DNA from: Pseudomonadota bacterium
GTDB taxonomy: Bacteria > Pseudomonadota > Gammaproteobacteria > Burkholderiales > Burkholderiaceae_C
Reading direction: 5' to 3'
NCBI GenBank assembly: GCA_039798085.1
Contig: JBDKGR010000001.1
Location: 2,147-66,146 of the forward strand
DNA: 64,000 nucleotides
Each line of letters starts with the position of its first letter. The stretch's first letter is position 1. The notes under the pieces are model-generated. The model was given only the letters and a program-made list of their open reading frames with translations, was not told the DNA's origin and did no database searches. Positions 1-10,787 of this stretch are shown here, piece after piece. Position numbers and translations under genes: made by a program.

Positions 1-1776
1 GCGCGGCGTAATGCCATTTTCCACATTGAATGCGATTTGTTTTTTGCGGCGGCGTTCGGTTTCGCCGATGGCTTTTTTCATCGACTCGGTGATTTTGTCG
101 GCGTACAAAATCGCTCTGCCGTTCACATTCCGCGCCGCACGCCCGATAGTTTGGATGAGCGAGCGTTCCGAGCGCAAAAATCCTTCTTTATCCGCATCCA
201 AAATCGCCACGAGCGAGACTTCGGGAATATCCAGCCCCTCGCGCAGCAAGTTGATCCCGACCAGTACATCAAACAAGCCCAAACGCAAATCGCGCAGAAT
301 CTCCACGCGCTCCACCGTGTCAATATCGCTGTGCAGGTAGCGCACTTTCACGCCGTTTTCGGCGATGTAGTCGGTTAATTGCTCCGCCATGCGCTTGGTG
401 AGCGTGGTAATCAGCACCCGTTCGTGCTTTTCTACGCGGATGCGGATTTCTTGCAGCACATCATCGACTTGGCTTAACGCGGGGCGCACTTCGACTTCGG
501 GATCAACCAATCCGGTCGGGCGCACCACCTGCTCCACCACCTTGCTGGAATGGTCTTTTTCCCACTGCGCAGGCGTGGCGGATACGAAGATGGCTTGGCG
601 CATCTTGGTTTCAAATTCTGCAAATTGCAGCGGACGATTATCCAAAGCGCTGGGCAAGCGAAAACCGTATTCCACCAGCGTGGTTTTGCGCGAACGGTCG
701 CCGTTGTACATTCCGCCCAGTTGCCCAATCATGACGTGCGATTCGTCCAAAAACATCATCGCATCCTTGGGCAAATAATCGACCAATGTCGCGGGCGGCT
801 CGCCGACTTGCGTGCCGGATAGGTGACGTGAATAATTTTCAATTCCTTTGCAATGCCCAACTTCGCTCAACATTTCCAAATCAAAGCGCGTGCGCTGCTC
901 TAGCCGCTGGGCTTCCACGAGTTTGCCTTCGCTCACAAAATGCTTTAAGCGTTCGGACAATTCGGTTTTGATGGTTTCCACCGCCGCCAAGACCTGCTCG
1001 CGCGGGGTGACGTAATGGCTGCTGGGGTAGACCGTAAAGCGCGGAATTTTTTGCCGAATTTTGCCCGTAAGCGGATCAAATAATTGCAACGATTCGATTT
1101 CTGCATCGAACAATTCAATCCGAATCGCCATTTCGCTATGCTCGGCGGGAAAAACGTCAATGGTGTCGCCCCGCACGCGAAATGTGCCGCGTGAAAATTC
1201 CATATCGTTGCGCTGATACTGCATCCGCACCAGTTGGGCGATGATGTCGCGCTGCCCGGGGGTATCGCCCACGCGCAGGGTCATAATCATTTTGTGGTAC
1301 GCCTCGGGCTGCCCGATACCGTAAATAGCGGAGACGCTGGCAACAATCACCACATCGCGCCGCTCCATCAGGCTTTTGGTGCAGGAAAGGCGCATTTGCT
1401 CGATATGCTCATTGATTGCCGAATCTTTTTCAATGAATACATCGCGCTGCGGCACGTAGGCTTCGGGTTGGTAATAATCGTAATAGCTCACGAAGTATTC
1501 GACCGCATTTTTAGGAAAAAACTCGCGGAACTCGCTATACAACTGCGCCGCCAGCGTTTTGTTGTGGGCAAATACGATAGTCGGTCGTCCCAGCCGCGCG
1601 ATGACATTCGCCATCGTGAACGTCTTGCCCGAACCCGTTACGCCGAGCAGGGTTTGGAACACTTCGCCGTCTTCCACCCCTTCGACCAGCGCATCAATCG
1701 CCGCTGGTTGATCGCCCGCTGGTGGGTAGGGCTGAAATAGCTCAAACGGGGAATTGGGAAAATGAACGAATGCCAT
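1..1776 (-). CDS. uvrB: Excinuclease ABC subunit B, 5' part (runs off the window start)
   Basis: Manual translation from ATG at 1776: [24 protein letters not shown]...[12 protein letters not shown] (Walker A), [34 protein letters not shown]. Missing from the ORF track because there is no stop in the window. Confidence 0.97.
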   Translation of the reverse strand, partial: MAFVHFPNSPFELFQPYPPAGDQPAAIDALVEGVEDGEVFQTLLGVTGSGKTFTMANVIARLGRPTIVFAHNKTLAAQLYSEFREFFPKNAVEYFVSYYDYYQPEAYVPQRDVFIEKDSAINEHIEQMRLSCTKSLMERRDVVIVASVSAIYGIGQPEAYHKMIMTLRVGDTPGQRDIIAQLVRMQYQRNDMEFSRGTFRVRGDTIDVFPAEHSEMAIRIELFDAEIESLQLFDPLTGKIRQKIPRFTVYPSSHYVTPREQVLAAVETIKTELSERLKHFVSEGKLVEAQRLEQRTRFDLEMLSEVGHCKGIENYSRHLSGTQVGEPPATLVDYLPKDAMMFLDESHVMIGQLGGMYNGDRSRKTTLVEYGFRLPSALDNRPLQFAEFETKMRQAIFVSATPAQWEKDHSSKVVEQVVRPTGLVDPEVEVRPALSQVDDVLQEIRIRVEKHERVLITTLTKRMAEQLTDYIAENGVKVRYLHSDIDTVERVEILRDLRLGLFDVLVGINLLREGLDIPEVSLVAILDADKEGFLRSERSLIQTIGRAARNVNGRAILYADKITESMKKAIGETERRRKKQIAFNVENGITPR

Positions 1777-1790
1777 TGATCTCATTGATC

Positions 1791-2282
1791 TCATTGATCT
1801 CCACAACTATCCCCCGCGCAGCCGTGAATCTCGGCGGCGGGTAGCGCTTCGGGTTTGTGGATGATGCCCGTCGCGGGGTCAAAACCAATGCGTTGAAAAT
1901 GACCCGCTAACGCCGCATCCATCGCATCGGTGTGCATAGGGAACCACGTTACCAGTTCGGTAGCCAGTTGGCGAATCATCGAAAAATCGCCTTCCAGCCC
2001 CTTTTCCGTTCCCTGCCGCAAAATATCCAGCACGATGGTGTGTTGGGACGTGTGGCAGTTGCTGGCGGCAAAATGCGTTTCCAGCATCCAACGGTCTTCG
2101 CGCCCAAAATGGTGAATCGTATGCTCTACCAAAGTTTGCCATGCCGATAACAGATTTGCGTCATCGGCGTTTTGCACTGCGGTAAGCAATTCGATAAATT
2201 CCTGATGGGTTTGATCCATGAGCGGCATATTCAATGCCAGCTCATCCGACCATTGCAATGTTTTGAGCAGGGTGTTTGTCAT
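1791..2282 (-). CDS. Hemerythrin-domain protein
   Basis: W-x4-L...[27 protein letters not shown] and [10 protein letters not shown] match the di-iron His/Glu/Asp ligand pattern. Confidence 0.9.
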   Translation of the reverse strand: MTNTLLKTLQWSDELALNMPLMDQTHQEFIELLTAVQNADDANLLSAWQTLVEHTIHHFGREDRWMLETHFAASNCHTSQHTIVLDILRQGTEKGLEGDFSMIRQLATELVTWFPMHTDAMDAALAGHFQRIGFDPATGIIHKPEALPAAEIHGCAGDSCGDQ

Positions 2283-4984
2283 AGCGTATGGGTGACCAAT
2301 TTGAAGTCGGGGTCTTCATCAAACGTCTTGATGGTAAAGCCTAGACTGCGCATGAGTTTCAACATTCCGGGGTTGTTGGCCAATACCAAGCCTTCGATTT
2401 CTGCCAAACCACGCTCGCGTGCTACATCCATAATCGCCAACATCAAGCGCGAACCCATGCCTTTGCCATTGAAATCATCGGCAACCAATAGCGAGAATTC
2501 GCAGCTCGATTGATCGGGGTTCGTAATGTAGCGCGATACGCCCACAATCCGCTCGGTTTCGGTGAAAATGCCTTCGGAATCGGAATGACGCTCTTTCACC
2601 ACGGCAACCAATGCCATTTCGCGGTCGTAATCAATCAGCGTGAAGCGTGCCAACATGGTCGGTGGCAACTCGGTAATCGAGGAGACAAAACGGAAATAAC
2701 GGCTCTCCGCCGAGAGGCTTTGCGTCAGCTCTTGCAGCATTTGCGCATCGTCGGGGCGAATCGGACGCACGGTGTAATCACCCCCACCCGGCAGCGGCCA
2801 AACTTGCGAAAAACGTGCCGGATAGGGCAGGATCGCCATGTGGTGGTAGCGATTGTTCGCACCCGTATTCGATTGCGTGGAATGGTCAATCACGATACGC
2901 GCATCCACCGCTACCGCGCCATTTTCATCCACAATGAAGGGGTTAATATCCATTTCCCGCAACTGGGGTAATTCGCAAACCATCTCGGAAACGCGCAGCA
3001 GAACTTGTTCTAATGCTTCCATTTTGATAGCGCCGTGTCCACGCCATTGCCCTAGCATCTCGGATACGCGTGAGCGTTCGATTAAGCGCCGTGCCAAGAA
3101 TTGGTTGAGCGGTGGCAGTTCCATCGCGCGGTCGTTGATGAGTTCGATCATCGTGCCGCCTGCGCCGAAGGAAATTACGGGGCCAAACGGATCATCGGTT
3201 ACCAAGCCGATATAAATCTCGCGCCCATGCCGTGCGCTGACCATGTTTTGCACGGTCACGCCGTTGATGCGGGCTTTGGGTTCGAGGCGAGAAACCGCTT
3301 CCATCATGTCGTTGTACGCATCGCGCACCGAGGTCGCGTTCAAAATGTTCAGCGCCACGCCCTGCACGTCCGATTTGTGGGAAATATCGGGCGAATCAAT
3401 TTTCAGCACCACGGGGTAACCGAGTTGGCTGGCAATCATCATCGCTTCATTGGGGCTGCGTGCCAACATGGTTTTGGTCACAGGAATATGGAAGGCGGAT
3501 AAAAGCGCTTTCGATTCCATTTCCGTCAACACTTTGCGCCGTTCGGTCAATACGCTTTCAATCACCAAACGTGCGCCTTCAATATCGGGTTTGTTGAGCG
3601 TGCTCAACGGTGGCGGGGTTTGTTGGAGCAGCAGTTGATTTTGGTAGAACGATGCGATATTGCCAAACGCTCCCACTGCCGCCTCGGGCGTGCGGAAGCT
3701 GGGGATGCCCGCATCGTGCAACACATGACGCGCCGCCACCACCGAGGTATCGCCCATCCAGCACGAAATCAAGGGTTTGCTGATGCGTTTTTTGGTATCC
3801 GCCAAGGCTTGTGCGACGGCAGTTGGGTCACCACCGATTTTGGGCGAATAAATTGCCAACATTCCATCGACATTTTTATCGTGTTCGGCTTGGTTGATCG
3901 CAATGCGGTAATGCTCGTCGGTCGCGTCTTCGGATAAATCGATCAAATCGACCAGAGATGCCAGTGGGGGTAATTGGGGCTTCAATTTGGCAAGGGATTC
4001 GGGGGTTAATTGCCCTAACTGCAAGCCGATGTCATTGGCCCAATCGGCTGCCAACACACCCGGGCCGCCGCCGTTCGTGATAATCGCCAAACGCTTGCCT
4101 ACCGGACGGTAGCGCGATGCCAAGCAGCGCGTCGCCGAGAACAATGCCACAAACGAATTCACCCGTACCGCACCCGCGCGGCGCAGGGCGGCATCGAAAA
4201 CATCATCGCTCCCCACAATCGCGCCACTATGGGTTTGGGCAGCGGCAGTGCCACAGGTTTTGCGTCCGGCTTTCAAAATCACCACGGGTTTGGCATTGGC
4301 GGCAGAACGCAGCGCACTCATAAAGCGGCGGGCGTTGGAAATACCTTCCATGTACACCACGATGCTGTGGGTTTGGGCATCGTTCGCCAAGAAATCCAAG
4401 ACGTGTGCCATATCCACACCCGTGTGTGGGCCTAGGGATGCGACCATCGAAAAGCCGACACCGTTGTTGCGTGCCCAATCCAGCATCGACGCGGTAAGCG
4501 CCCCCGATTGAGAAACCAATGCCAGCGACCCTTTTTGTGCCAAAGGTCCCGCAGCCGATGCGTTCAGTTGCAGCGAAGGGCGTTGCAATCCCAAAGAATT
4601 CGGGCCGAGTAAATGCACGCCTTCACGCCGCGCCACACGCTTGAGTTCTTGCGCCAATTCCGGCGATACCCCGTTGGACACCACCAACACCGAACGGCAC
4701 GCCATCCGAACCGCCAATTCCAACGCCGCCATCACCTCTGCGGGGGGCAGGGCAATAATCGCCAAATCGGCTTTGGTTTGTGCCAACTCCGCCAACGTGC
4801 CGCTGGTTTGAATGTCGATAAAGTGCAGCGTTCCGGTGAATCGTTGCTCGCGCAAGGCTTCGGTGAGGGCTTTTGCCTGCGCTGTTTGCGCACCATCTTG
4901 ATGCACGCCTTGTTCATCCATTGGACCCGCAAAAACGACCACCGAAGAAGGGTGAAAAAGAGGGGTTAAATAATGTTTATCCAT
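2279..4984 (-). CDS. Bifunctional acetate-CoA ligase-like / GNAT protein lysine acetyltransferase (Pat/Pka/YfiQ family)
   Basis: CoA-binding GPNSLG, SQSGA, ATP-grasp KIDSPDISHKSDVQGV and a C-terminal GNAT domain (GKGMGSRLM, NPGMLKL). Confidence 0.92.
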   Translation of the reverse strand: MDKHYLTPLFHPSSVVVFAGPMDEQGVHQDGAQTAQAKALTEALREQRFTGTLHFIDIQTSGTLAELAQTKADLAIIALPPAEVMAALELAVRMACRSVLVVSNGVSPELAQELKRVARREGVHLLGPNSLGLQRPSLQLNASAAGPLAQKGSLALVSQSGALTASMLDWARNNGVGFSMVASLGPHTGVDMAHVLDFLANDAQTHSIVVYMEGISNARRFMSALRSAANAKPVVILKAGRKTCGTAAAQTHSGAIVGSDDVFDAALRRAGAVRVNSFVALFSATRCLASRYRPVGKRLAIITNGGGPGVLAADWANDIGLQLGQLTPESLAKLKPQLPPLASLVDLIDLSEDATDEHYRIAINQAEHDKNVDGMLAIYSPKIGGDPTAVAQALADTKKRISKPLISCWMGDTSVVAARHVLHDAGIPSFRTPEAAVGAFGNIASFYQNQLLLQQTPPPLSTLNKPDIEGARLVIESVLTERRKVLTEMESKALLSAFHIPVTKTMLARSPNEAMMIASQLGYPVVLKIDSPDISHKSDVQGVALNILNATSVRDAYNDMMEAVSRLEPKARINGVTVQNMVSARHGREIYIGLVTDDPFGPVISFGAGGTMIELINDRAMELPPLNQFLARRLIERSRVSEMLGQWRGHGAIKMEALEQVLLRVSEMVCELPQLREMDINPFIVDENGAVAVDARIVIDHSTQSNTGANNRYHHMAILPYPARFSQVWPLPGGGDYTVRPIRPDDAQMLQELTQSLSAESRYFRFVSSITELPPTMLARFTLIDYDREMALVAVVKERHSDSEGIFTETERIVGVSRYITNPDQSSCEFSLLVADDFNGKGMGSRLMLAIMDVARERGLAEIEGLVLANNPGMLKLMRSLGFTIKTFDEDPDFKLVTHTL

Positions 4985-7955
4985 GATGTTGATCCAGAGA
5001 GTAGATATTCAGTTGCAAGAGCCGCGCCAAAATGGTGTTATCGGGCATTTCGGGCGTGTAATCGTGCCAACCATAGGCATGGGCTACAGCGATGTCCAGT
5101 TGTTCGTGCAGGTATTTGAGCCAAGGCGGACGGTAGTTGTAAAGATGCGTCAGGGTGCGTTCTTGTAGGTTGGTCAGCGCGAATTCATCCAAATCCGGTT
5201 TCGGCAAAATGCGGTCAGGGTAGGGCGATTCGGTCATTCCGTGCGGAACAATTTCTGGCACTTGGTGCGTCCATTCCGGTGGATTGAGCCAGTTTTCCCG
5301 CAATTCGTTCAAGTGATGGGCTGCTTTGGCAATGTTGTATGCTATTGTTTTAGGAGCTGCTTGTGCAATATCCACGGGCGTTACAGCCGTTTTTCTTCTT
5401 ATTTCAATAGCCCCTTCCAAACCTGCCGGAATCAACACACCATCTATTTCTTCCACGCGTTGGTGCGCGGTATCAGCGGGAGTGAAGTTTTCAGGGAATG
5501 GGAACGTTTCAAAGCAGGATTTAGCGTTGTACGTGGGCGTTCCACATCCATGTATAGACCCTTGCGCTAGCGACCACACTGCATGAATACGAGAACTGAG
5601 AACGCCAAAGGTTACATCATCCGCACGCGCAACCACATTGAGTCGCGTATCCGGCAAGATGGAAGGATGCAAAAACACAAAAATGCGGTGCTTGGCTACG
5701 CGCGTAGTGGCTAAATAGCGCGGTAAACCGGATAAAGCCTTGCGCAATTCTGGGCGCGGACGTTCGTGTAGCCACCAGTTTTTCAAGAGGTTGATTCGGC
5801 TTCGTTCTGGCTTAACATTCGCAAGAATATGGGCATAAGGCGCTTCAAATAACTGGGCTTCGTGTTCGCTTATATGGGTTCCAAAATCAATAATCCATTT
5901 ATCGCTGGGATGCGTTGCTAAATCCCGTCCATTGCGCCAAGGTTTAAGAACCAGCGCATTGGATTTGCCGCCCACATTGGGGAGTTTGAGCCATTCGCGT
6001 GCTAAATTTCCCGCAATATCAAATTGACCGTATTTTTTAGTACCCTCAAAAATCGCGTGGGCGTTGACTGCTAAACGTTGGGATTGGGTCAAATCGACCA
6101 ACATTCCATCCGTCAAATCGGTATGGATGCAGGAAACGGATTCTCCATTTAGGCGCGTATCGGTCGTGAATTCATGCTGCCCGAAGCAGGTAATAGAAAT
6201 CCGAACACCAGCACCTTCATTGACCCATTCGTTATTGCTCCACGCTTCAAAAACGCGGTGATTTTTTCCAATCGTATCCAGTACCACGCGATTAGACCCC
6301 GCCCGAATCGCCTGTGTAGAAACCAAACCAGCGGCACGTAACAACCCCGCTGCAATCTGGGTTTGCGCCCGTTCAAACCAATAGCACACCAAATCCGCCC
6401 CACCGGGTACACGGTGCGTAAAAACGGTATCGAGCGCATCGAAGTAGGCATCGCCCAATTCGCGGCGCTTTTTACTACCACCAATAAACGGCGGATTGCT
6501 CATCACAATATCGGCTTTGGGCCATGTGGCTTCGGTTACTTCTCCGGTTTGGGGGTTGATTGCCAAAAGCGCATCGCGTTGGTCAATTAAATCCAATGGC
6601 GCTAAAACTGGATGGAGCTTGAAGGGAAATTTATGTTCCAAACGCCATTGCAATTCACCAATCCACACCGTGATGCGAGCGAGTTCGGCGGCGTATTCGT
6701 TAATCTCAATGCCCAGTACATTGTGCGGGCCGGTGACCAAATCGGCTTCTCGATCCAGTCCTAGCGTAACGGCATCGAGGTGCGTTTGCAGCTCCAAATC
6801 CTTCAACGCCTTCAACCCCATAAACAAAAAGTTGCCGCTACCGCAGGCGGGATCAAGCAAGCGAAAGGCTTTGAGGTGTTCCAACCAATCCGTAAAAACC
6901 ACACGGGCGGCTTTGTAATGCTTATCGTTTTTTTTCTTACTTTGTGCTGTGAACGCCCGTATTTCCTGCATTGCTAGCTCCCATTTTTGGTGCAATGGAC
7001 GGGTTAAAACGGGGTCGGTAATGCGTTGGATGGTGGCGGGGTCGGTGTAATGCGCTCCAAGCTGGCTGCGTTTGGCGGGGTCTAAACCGCGTTCAAACAG
7101 CGTGCCGAGAATGGATGCGTCAATCGCGGACCAATTCATGGCGGCGGCATGGCGCAGCTCGGTGATTTCCATAATGGTCAGTTCGGGAACATTCACCACC
7201 CGAAACAATCCGCCATTGAACCAAGGAATTTCTTCTGCGCCAAACATCCCACCATCGTGCATGGTGGCGAATAAATTGTGCAGCCCTTTGCGCAAGTTTT
7301 TGCTGTCAATATAGCGGTTGCGCAGCAGTTGGACAAAAACGGGGGTGGGCAAAATCCCAATGCTTTCGGCAAAAAAGCAAAAGACGCACTGGGTCAAAAA
7401 GTGAGCGACTTCATCGGCGACACAACCGCGTTTGCGCATTCCCTCGGCGATGATGGCAAAGGTGTTGGCGGCACGTTCGGTAATATCGCGGCAGGTTTCG
7501 TGCGGGCGAAAATGCTCTACATCCGTCCACACGCGGCGCAAAATCGACCGCAAAACGGGGCTATCCATGTCCTCCAATGTGAAAAGAAACTTTCCACTAG
7601 GATGCCCCGTAAAGCGGCTGTGAATCTGAATGCGCTTGCGATCACACACCACCAACAGCGGCGGATTGTTCAGCGAGTGGCTGTACATCAAAAGCTGTTT
7701 CAGCGCTTCATCTAAATTGCCGTCGGGTTTTTTGTTCTCCCACACAAAATGATTGGGGTAGAACACGTCGGCAAATCCGGTGCGTGCGCCAATCATTGTC
7801 GCTTTTTCTTCAAACCGATAGCCGTCTATCGTCCCGGGGGGCGGCACGTCAAGCAACGCGCACAAATCCAAAAAATAACTTTGTGCGCCCTGCTCTTCAT
7901 TGAGCAAGGATGCGGGAGGCGTGCTCCATTTGGTAACGAATTCGGAAGGGGTCAT
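4977..7955 (-). CDS. MmeI/YeeA-like fused restriction endonuclease-N6 adenine methyltransferase (type IIL/IIG-like)
   Basis: N-terminal ADVF...WENK PD-(D/E)xK motif, GAHYT, motif I LDPACGSGNF, motif IV NPPF and a C-terminal TRD region. Start placed at MTPSEF (7955). Confidence 0.88.
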   Translation of the reverse strand: MTPSEFVTKWSTPPASLLNEEQGAQSYFLDLCALLDVPPPGTIDGYRFEEKATMIGARTGFADVFYPNHFVWENKKPDGNLDEALKQLLMYSHSLNNPPLLVVCDRKRIQIHSRFTGHPSGKFLFTLEDMDSPVLRSILRRVWTDVEHFRPHETCRDITERAANTFAIIAEGMRKRGCVADEVAHFLTQCVFCFFAESIGILPTPVFVQLLRNRYIDSKNLRKGLHNLFATMHDGGMFGAEEIPWFNGGLFRVVNVPELTIMEITELRHAAAMNWSAIDASILGTLFERGLDPAKRSQLGAHYTDPATIQRITDPVLTRPLHQKWELAMQEIRAFTAQSKKKNDKHYKAARVVFTDWLEHLKAFRLLDPACGSGNFLFMGLKALKDLELQTHLDAVTLGLDREADLVTGPHNVLGIEINEYAAELARITVWIGELQWRLEHKFPFKLHPVLAPLDLIDQRDALLAINPQTGEVTEATWPKADIVMSNPPFIGGSKKRRELGDAYFDALDTVFTHRVPGGADLVCYWFERAQTQIAAGLLRAAGLVSTQAIRAGSNRVVLDTIGKNHRVFEAWSNNEWVNEGAGVRISITCFGQHEFTTDTRLNGESVSCIHTDLTDGMLVDLTQSQRLAVNAHAIFEGTKKYGQFDIAGNLAREWLKLPNVGGKSNALVLKPWRNGRDLATHPSDKWIIDFGTHISEHEAQLFEAPYAHILANVKPERSRINLLKNWWLHERPRPELRKALSGLPRYLATTRVAKHRIFVFLHPSILPDTRLNVVARADDVTFGVLSSRIHAVWSLAQGSIHGCGTPTYNAKSCFETFPFPENFTPADTAHQRVEEIDGVLIPAGLEGAIEIRRKTAVTPVDIAQAAPKTIAYNIAKAAHHLNELRENWLNPPEWTHQVPEIVPHGMTESPYPDRILPKPDLDEFALTNLQERTLTHLYNYRPPWLKYLHEQLDIAVAHAYGWHDYTPEMPDNTILARLLQLNIYSLDQHHG
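5341..5390 (+). repeat. Dispersed ~50-bp quasi-palindromic repeat, copy 1 (in-frame inside the RM gene)
   Basis: gctattgttttaggagctgcttgtgcaatatccacgggcgttacagccgt aligns without gaps to 62623-62672, 56637-56688 and the reverse complement of 20951-21000. Confidence 0.85.
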
Positions 7956-7965
7956 GGATGGGGTT

Positions 7966-8229
7966 TCAATAATGATTACGCAACTGAGCAATCAGCAATG
8001 CACCATCCACTACTTGGTAAACCATGCGATGTTCATCGGTGATGCGGCGCGACCAAAAACCAGATAAAGCGTGCTTGAGCGCTTCTGGTTTTCCTACCCC
8101 GGTGAAAGGATCGCGCTGGGTTTCACGGATAACACGGATAAGTTTGTTGATGCGTTCCACCATGCGCCGATCCTGTTTTTGCCAGTAAAGGTAATCTTCC
8201 CACGCCTCATCTGCAAAAATCAGTTTCAT
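7966..8229 (-). CDS. yoeB: Txe/YoeB family toxin (ribosome-dependent mRNase)
   Basis: AWEDYLYWQ...GKPEALKHALSGFWSRRITDEHRMVY...LRNHY. Confidence 0.93.
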   Translation of the reverse strand: MKLIFADEAWEDYLYWQKQDRRMVERINKLIRVIRETQRDPFTGVGKPEALKHALSGFWSRRITDEHRMVYQVVDGALLIAQLRNHY

Positions 8230-8477
8230 GGAATAAGTTCGCGTGGTACACCTTGTCCCGCTTTCAACTGGGCAACAGCGGATAAAAGACGCTGGGTATT
8301 GGTAGGACTGCGTAATAGGTATGCCGTTTCCTCCAGTGCCCGATAATCTTCCAGCGAAAGCAGCACCACCGAGAGATTGGCTTTATGCGTGATGATCAAC
8401 GGCTCGTGGTCATCACACACACGGCGCATAGTGTGCGACAAATTGGCACGCGCAGCACTGTAGGTAATGGCATCCAT
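8226..8477 (-). CDS. yefM: Phd/YefM family antitoxin
   Basis: MDAITYSAARANL...VCDDHEPLIIT...LEETAYLLRSPTN; AGGAG RBS before ATG 8477; ATGA overlap with yoeB. Confidence 0.93.
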   Translation of the reverse strand: MDAITYSAARANLSHTMRRVCDDHEPLIITHKANLSVVLLSLEDYRALEETAYLLRSPTNTQRLLSAVAQLKAGQGVPRELIP

Positions 8478-8497
8478 AGTAAAACTCCTGTAATTTT

Positions 8498-9442
8498 TCA
8501 ATCCGCCCCAATTAACACTTTCACATGGGCGGCCACACTGCGGGAGAGGGGGCTGAGAACATATCCACCCTCCAAGCAAGAGATGATACGACCCTTGCTA
8601 TGCTTATTCGCCACCGCAACGAGTTGGCGGGTAACCCACTCGTAATCGGCTTCAACCAAACCTAAATTGCCCATATCGTCTTCCCGATGGGCATCAAAAC
8701 CCGCCGAGATATAAATGATTTCCGGTGCAAACGCATCCAACGCAGGCAACCAGTTTTTTTCTACCGCTTCACGGAAGTGACTGCCCCCCGTGCGCTTGGG
8801 CAAACCGATATTCACCATGTTGGGGCTGCATACGGGTTGGGTTTCTGCGCACAGGGGGTACAAGCCTTCCTCAAAGATAGAGCACATCATGACGCGCTCA
8901 TCACCCTGAAAAATATCCTCGCTGCCATTGCCGTGATGCACATCAAAATCAATCAACGCTACCCGCTGAATGCCGTGCTCCGTCAACGCATGGCGGATAC
9001 CCACGGCTGCATTGTTGAAAAAGCAAAAGCCCATCGCCGCCGACCGCTCGGCATGGTGACCGGGGGGGCGGATATTGCAAAATGCCGTCGGCACTTCACC
9101 CGATACCACCAAGTTGGTCGCCTCCACCACCGCACCCGCTGCCCGTAGAGCAGCCCGCACGGTATAGGGGTTCATTTCGGTATCTGGGTCAAGGCGATGG
9201 TAGCCTTCTTCGGGTGAAGCATTGATGATCTCGTTGATATACAGCGTGCAATGCGCGTGCGCTAGCTGCCCCACCGTCGCCAATGGTGCATCGTAATGGT
9301 GCATATAGTCCAGCAACCCTTTGGTGAGCAGCATATCGTTAATGGCACTCAAGCGTTCGGGGCATTCGGGGTGATGTGCCCCCATTTCGTGGCGGGCGCA
9401 GTCAGGGTGGGTGATGTAAGCGGCTAGCAAGGAAGTCTCCAA
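8498..9442 (-). CDS. Histone deacetylase family (AcuC/HdaH-like) Zn-dependent deacetylase
   Basis: HPECPERL, RPPGHHA, GFCFFNN, DFDVHHGNG, SAGFDAH and LEGGY. The true start may be TTG at 9430. Confidence 0.93.
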   Translation of the reverse strand: METSLLAAYITHPDCARHEMGAHHPECPERLSAINDMLLTKGLLDYMHHYDAPLATVGQLAHAHCTLYINEIINASPEEGYHRLDPDTEMNPYTVRAALRAAGAVVEATNLVVSGEVPTAFCNIRPPGHHAERSAAMGFCFFNNAAVGIRHALTEHGIQRVALIDFDVHHGNGSEDIFQGDERVMMCSIFEEGLYPLCAETQPVCSPNMVNIGLPKRTGGSHFREAVEKNWLPALDAFAPEIIYISAGFDAHREDDMGNLGLVEADYEWVTRQLVAVANKHSKGRIISCLEGGYVLSPLSRSVAAHVKVLIGAD

Positions 9443-9488
9443 GGGTCAGGGTGAAAGAATGATGGCTTTATTTTGTAGCTTTTATGCC

Positions 9489-10673
9489 TTACATTCTCTC
9501 AAAAATTGCGGCAATACCTTGACCGCCACCGATGCACATTGTGACTAAAGCATAGCGTCCTTGAATTCTTTGCAATTCGTGCAGCGCTTTCACTGTAATC
9601 AGCGCACCGGTTGCACCAATCGGGTGACCCAAAGAGATGCCCGAACCGTTGGGATTCACTTTAGCGGGGTCGAGTCCCAAATCACGGGTCACGGCGCAGG
9701 CTTGGGCGGCAAACGCTTCATTGGCTTCGATCACGTCCAAATCGTTTACGGTCAAACCGGCTCGTTTCAGGGCGGCTTGCGAGGCGGGGACAGGCCCGAT
9801 ACCCATGTACTTTGGATCAACACCTGCATGGGCATACGCTACCAAACGCGCCATTGGTTGCAGACCGCGTGCTTTGGCGACACTGGCTTCCATCAACACC
9901 ACGGCAGCGGCGGCATCGTTGATACCGGATGCGTTACCCGCAGTGACCGTACCGTTTTCTTTGATGAACACGGGTTTCAATTTCGCCATATCTGCCATCG
10001 TGCAGTTGGGACGGTAGTGTTCATCTACTTCGTAGGCGACTTCCCCTTTGCGGCTTTTCAGCATCACGGGCATGATTTGACCCTTGAAGTGACCCGCTTC
10101 AATCGCACGCTGGGCGCGGTTGTGGCTTTCAACTGCCAATGCGTCTTGGTCTTCGCGGGTGATGCCCCATTTAGCCGCGATATTTTCTGCCGTCACACCC
10201 ATGTGGATGCTGTGGAAGGGGTCATGCAACGCACCGGTCATCATGTCCACCATCTTGGTATCGCCCATGCGTGCGCCCCAACGCATATTGAGGCTGGCGA
10301 AAGGAGCGCGGCTCATATTTTCAGCACCGCCGCCAATAGCCACATCGGTATCGCCCAACAAAATGCTTTGGCTGGCCGAAATAATCGCTTGCAAACCCGA
10401 ACCGCACAGGCGATTCACGTTGTAAGCGGGCGTAGCTTCAGCACAGCCACCATTGACGGCAGCGACGCGGGAGATGTACATATCTTTAGGTTCGGTATTC
10501 ACAACGTGACCGAATACAACGTGACCAACATCTTTTCCTTCGACTTGACCGCGTTTCAATGCTTCACGCACGACTTGGGAAGCCAATTCGCTAGGAGGAA
10601 TGTCTTTCAAACTGCCACCAAAAGTTCCAATGGCGGTGCGCACGGCGCTAACGACGACTACTTCACGGGTCAT
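9489..10673 (-). CDS. bktB: Beta-ketothiolase (acetyl-CoA C-acyltransferase, BktB-like)
   Basis: NRLCGSG, NEAFA, GHPIGATG and CIGGGQG thiolase motifs. Confidence 0.9.
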   Translation of the reverse strand: MTREVVVVSAVRTAIGTFGGSLKDIPPSELASQVVREALKRGQVEGKDVGHVVFGHVVNTEPKDMYISRVAAVNGGCAEATPAYNVNRLCGSGLQAIISASQSILLGDTDVAIGGGAENMSRAPFASLNMRWGARMGDTKMVDMMTGALHDPFHSIHMGVTAENIAAKWGITREDQDALAVESHNRAQRAIEAGHFKGQIMPVMLKSRKGEVAYEVDEHYRPNCTMADMAKLKPVFIKENGTVTAGNASGINDAAAAVVLMEASVAKARGLQPMARLVAYAHAGVDPKYMGIGPVPASQAALKRAGLTVNDLDVIEANEAFAAQACAVTRDLGLDPAKVNPNGSGISLGHPIGATGALITVKALHELQRIQGRYALVTMCIGGGQGIAAIFERM

Positions 10674-10787
10674 GGATTGTTCTCCTCAAATTGTTTACTT
10701 GTTTACTGTAATTAAGAATGCAAAAATGATTGCAATTAGCAGTGTGAAGTGCTTTTAATACATGAGGCTGACGAGAACGAAGGAAAA

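Noticed and set aside
9464-9490. gctttattttgtagct as a possible fifth copy of the 50-bp repeat
   Set aside because: Only a partial resemblance to module 1, with no second module.
9561-10715. 384-aa plus-strand ORF
   Set aside because: Antisense shadow of bktB with no recognisable motifs.
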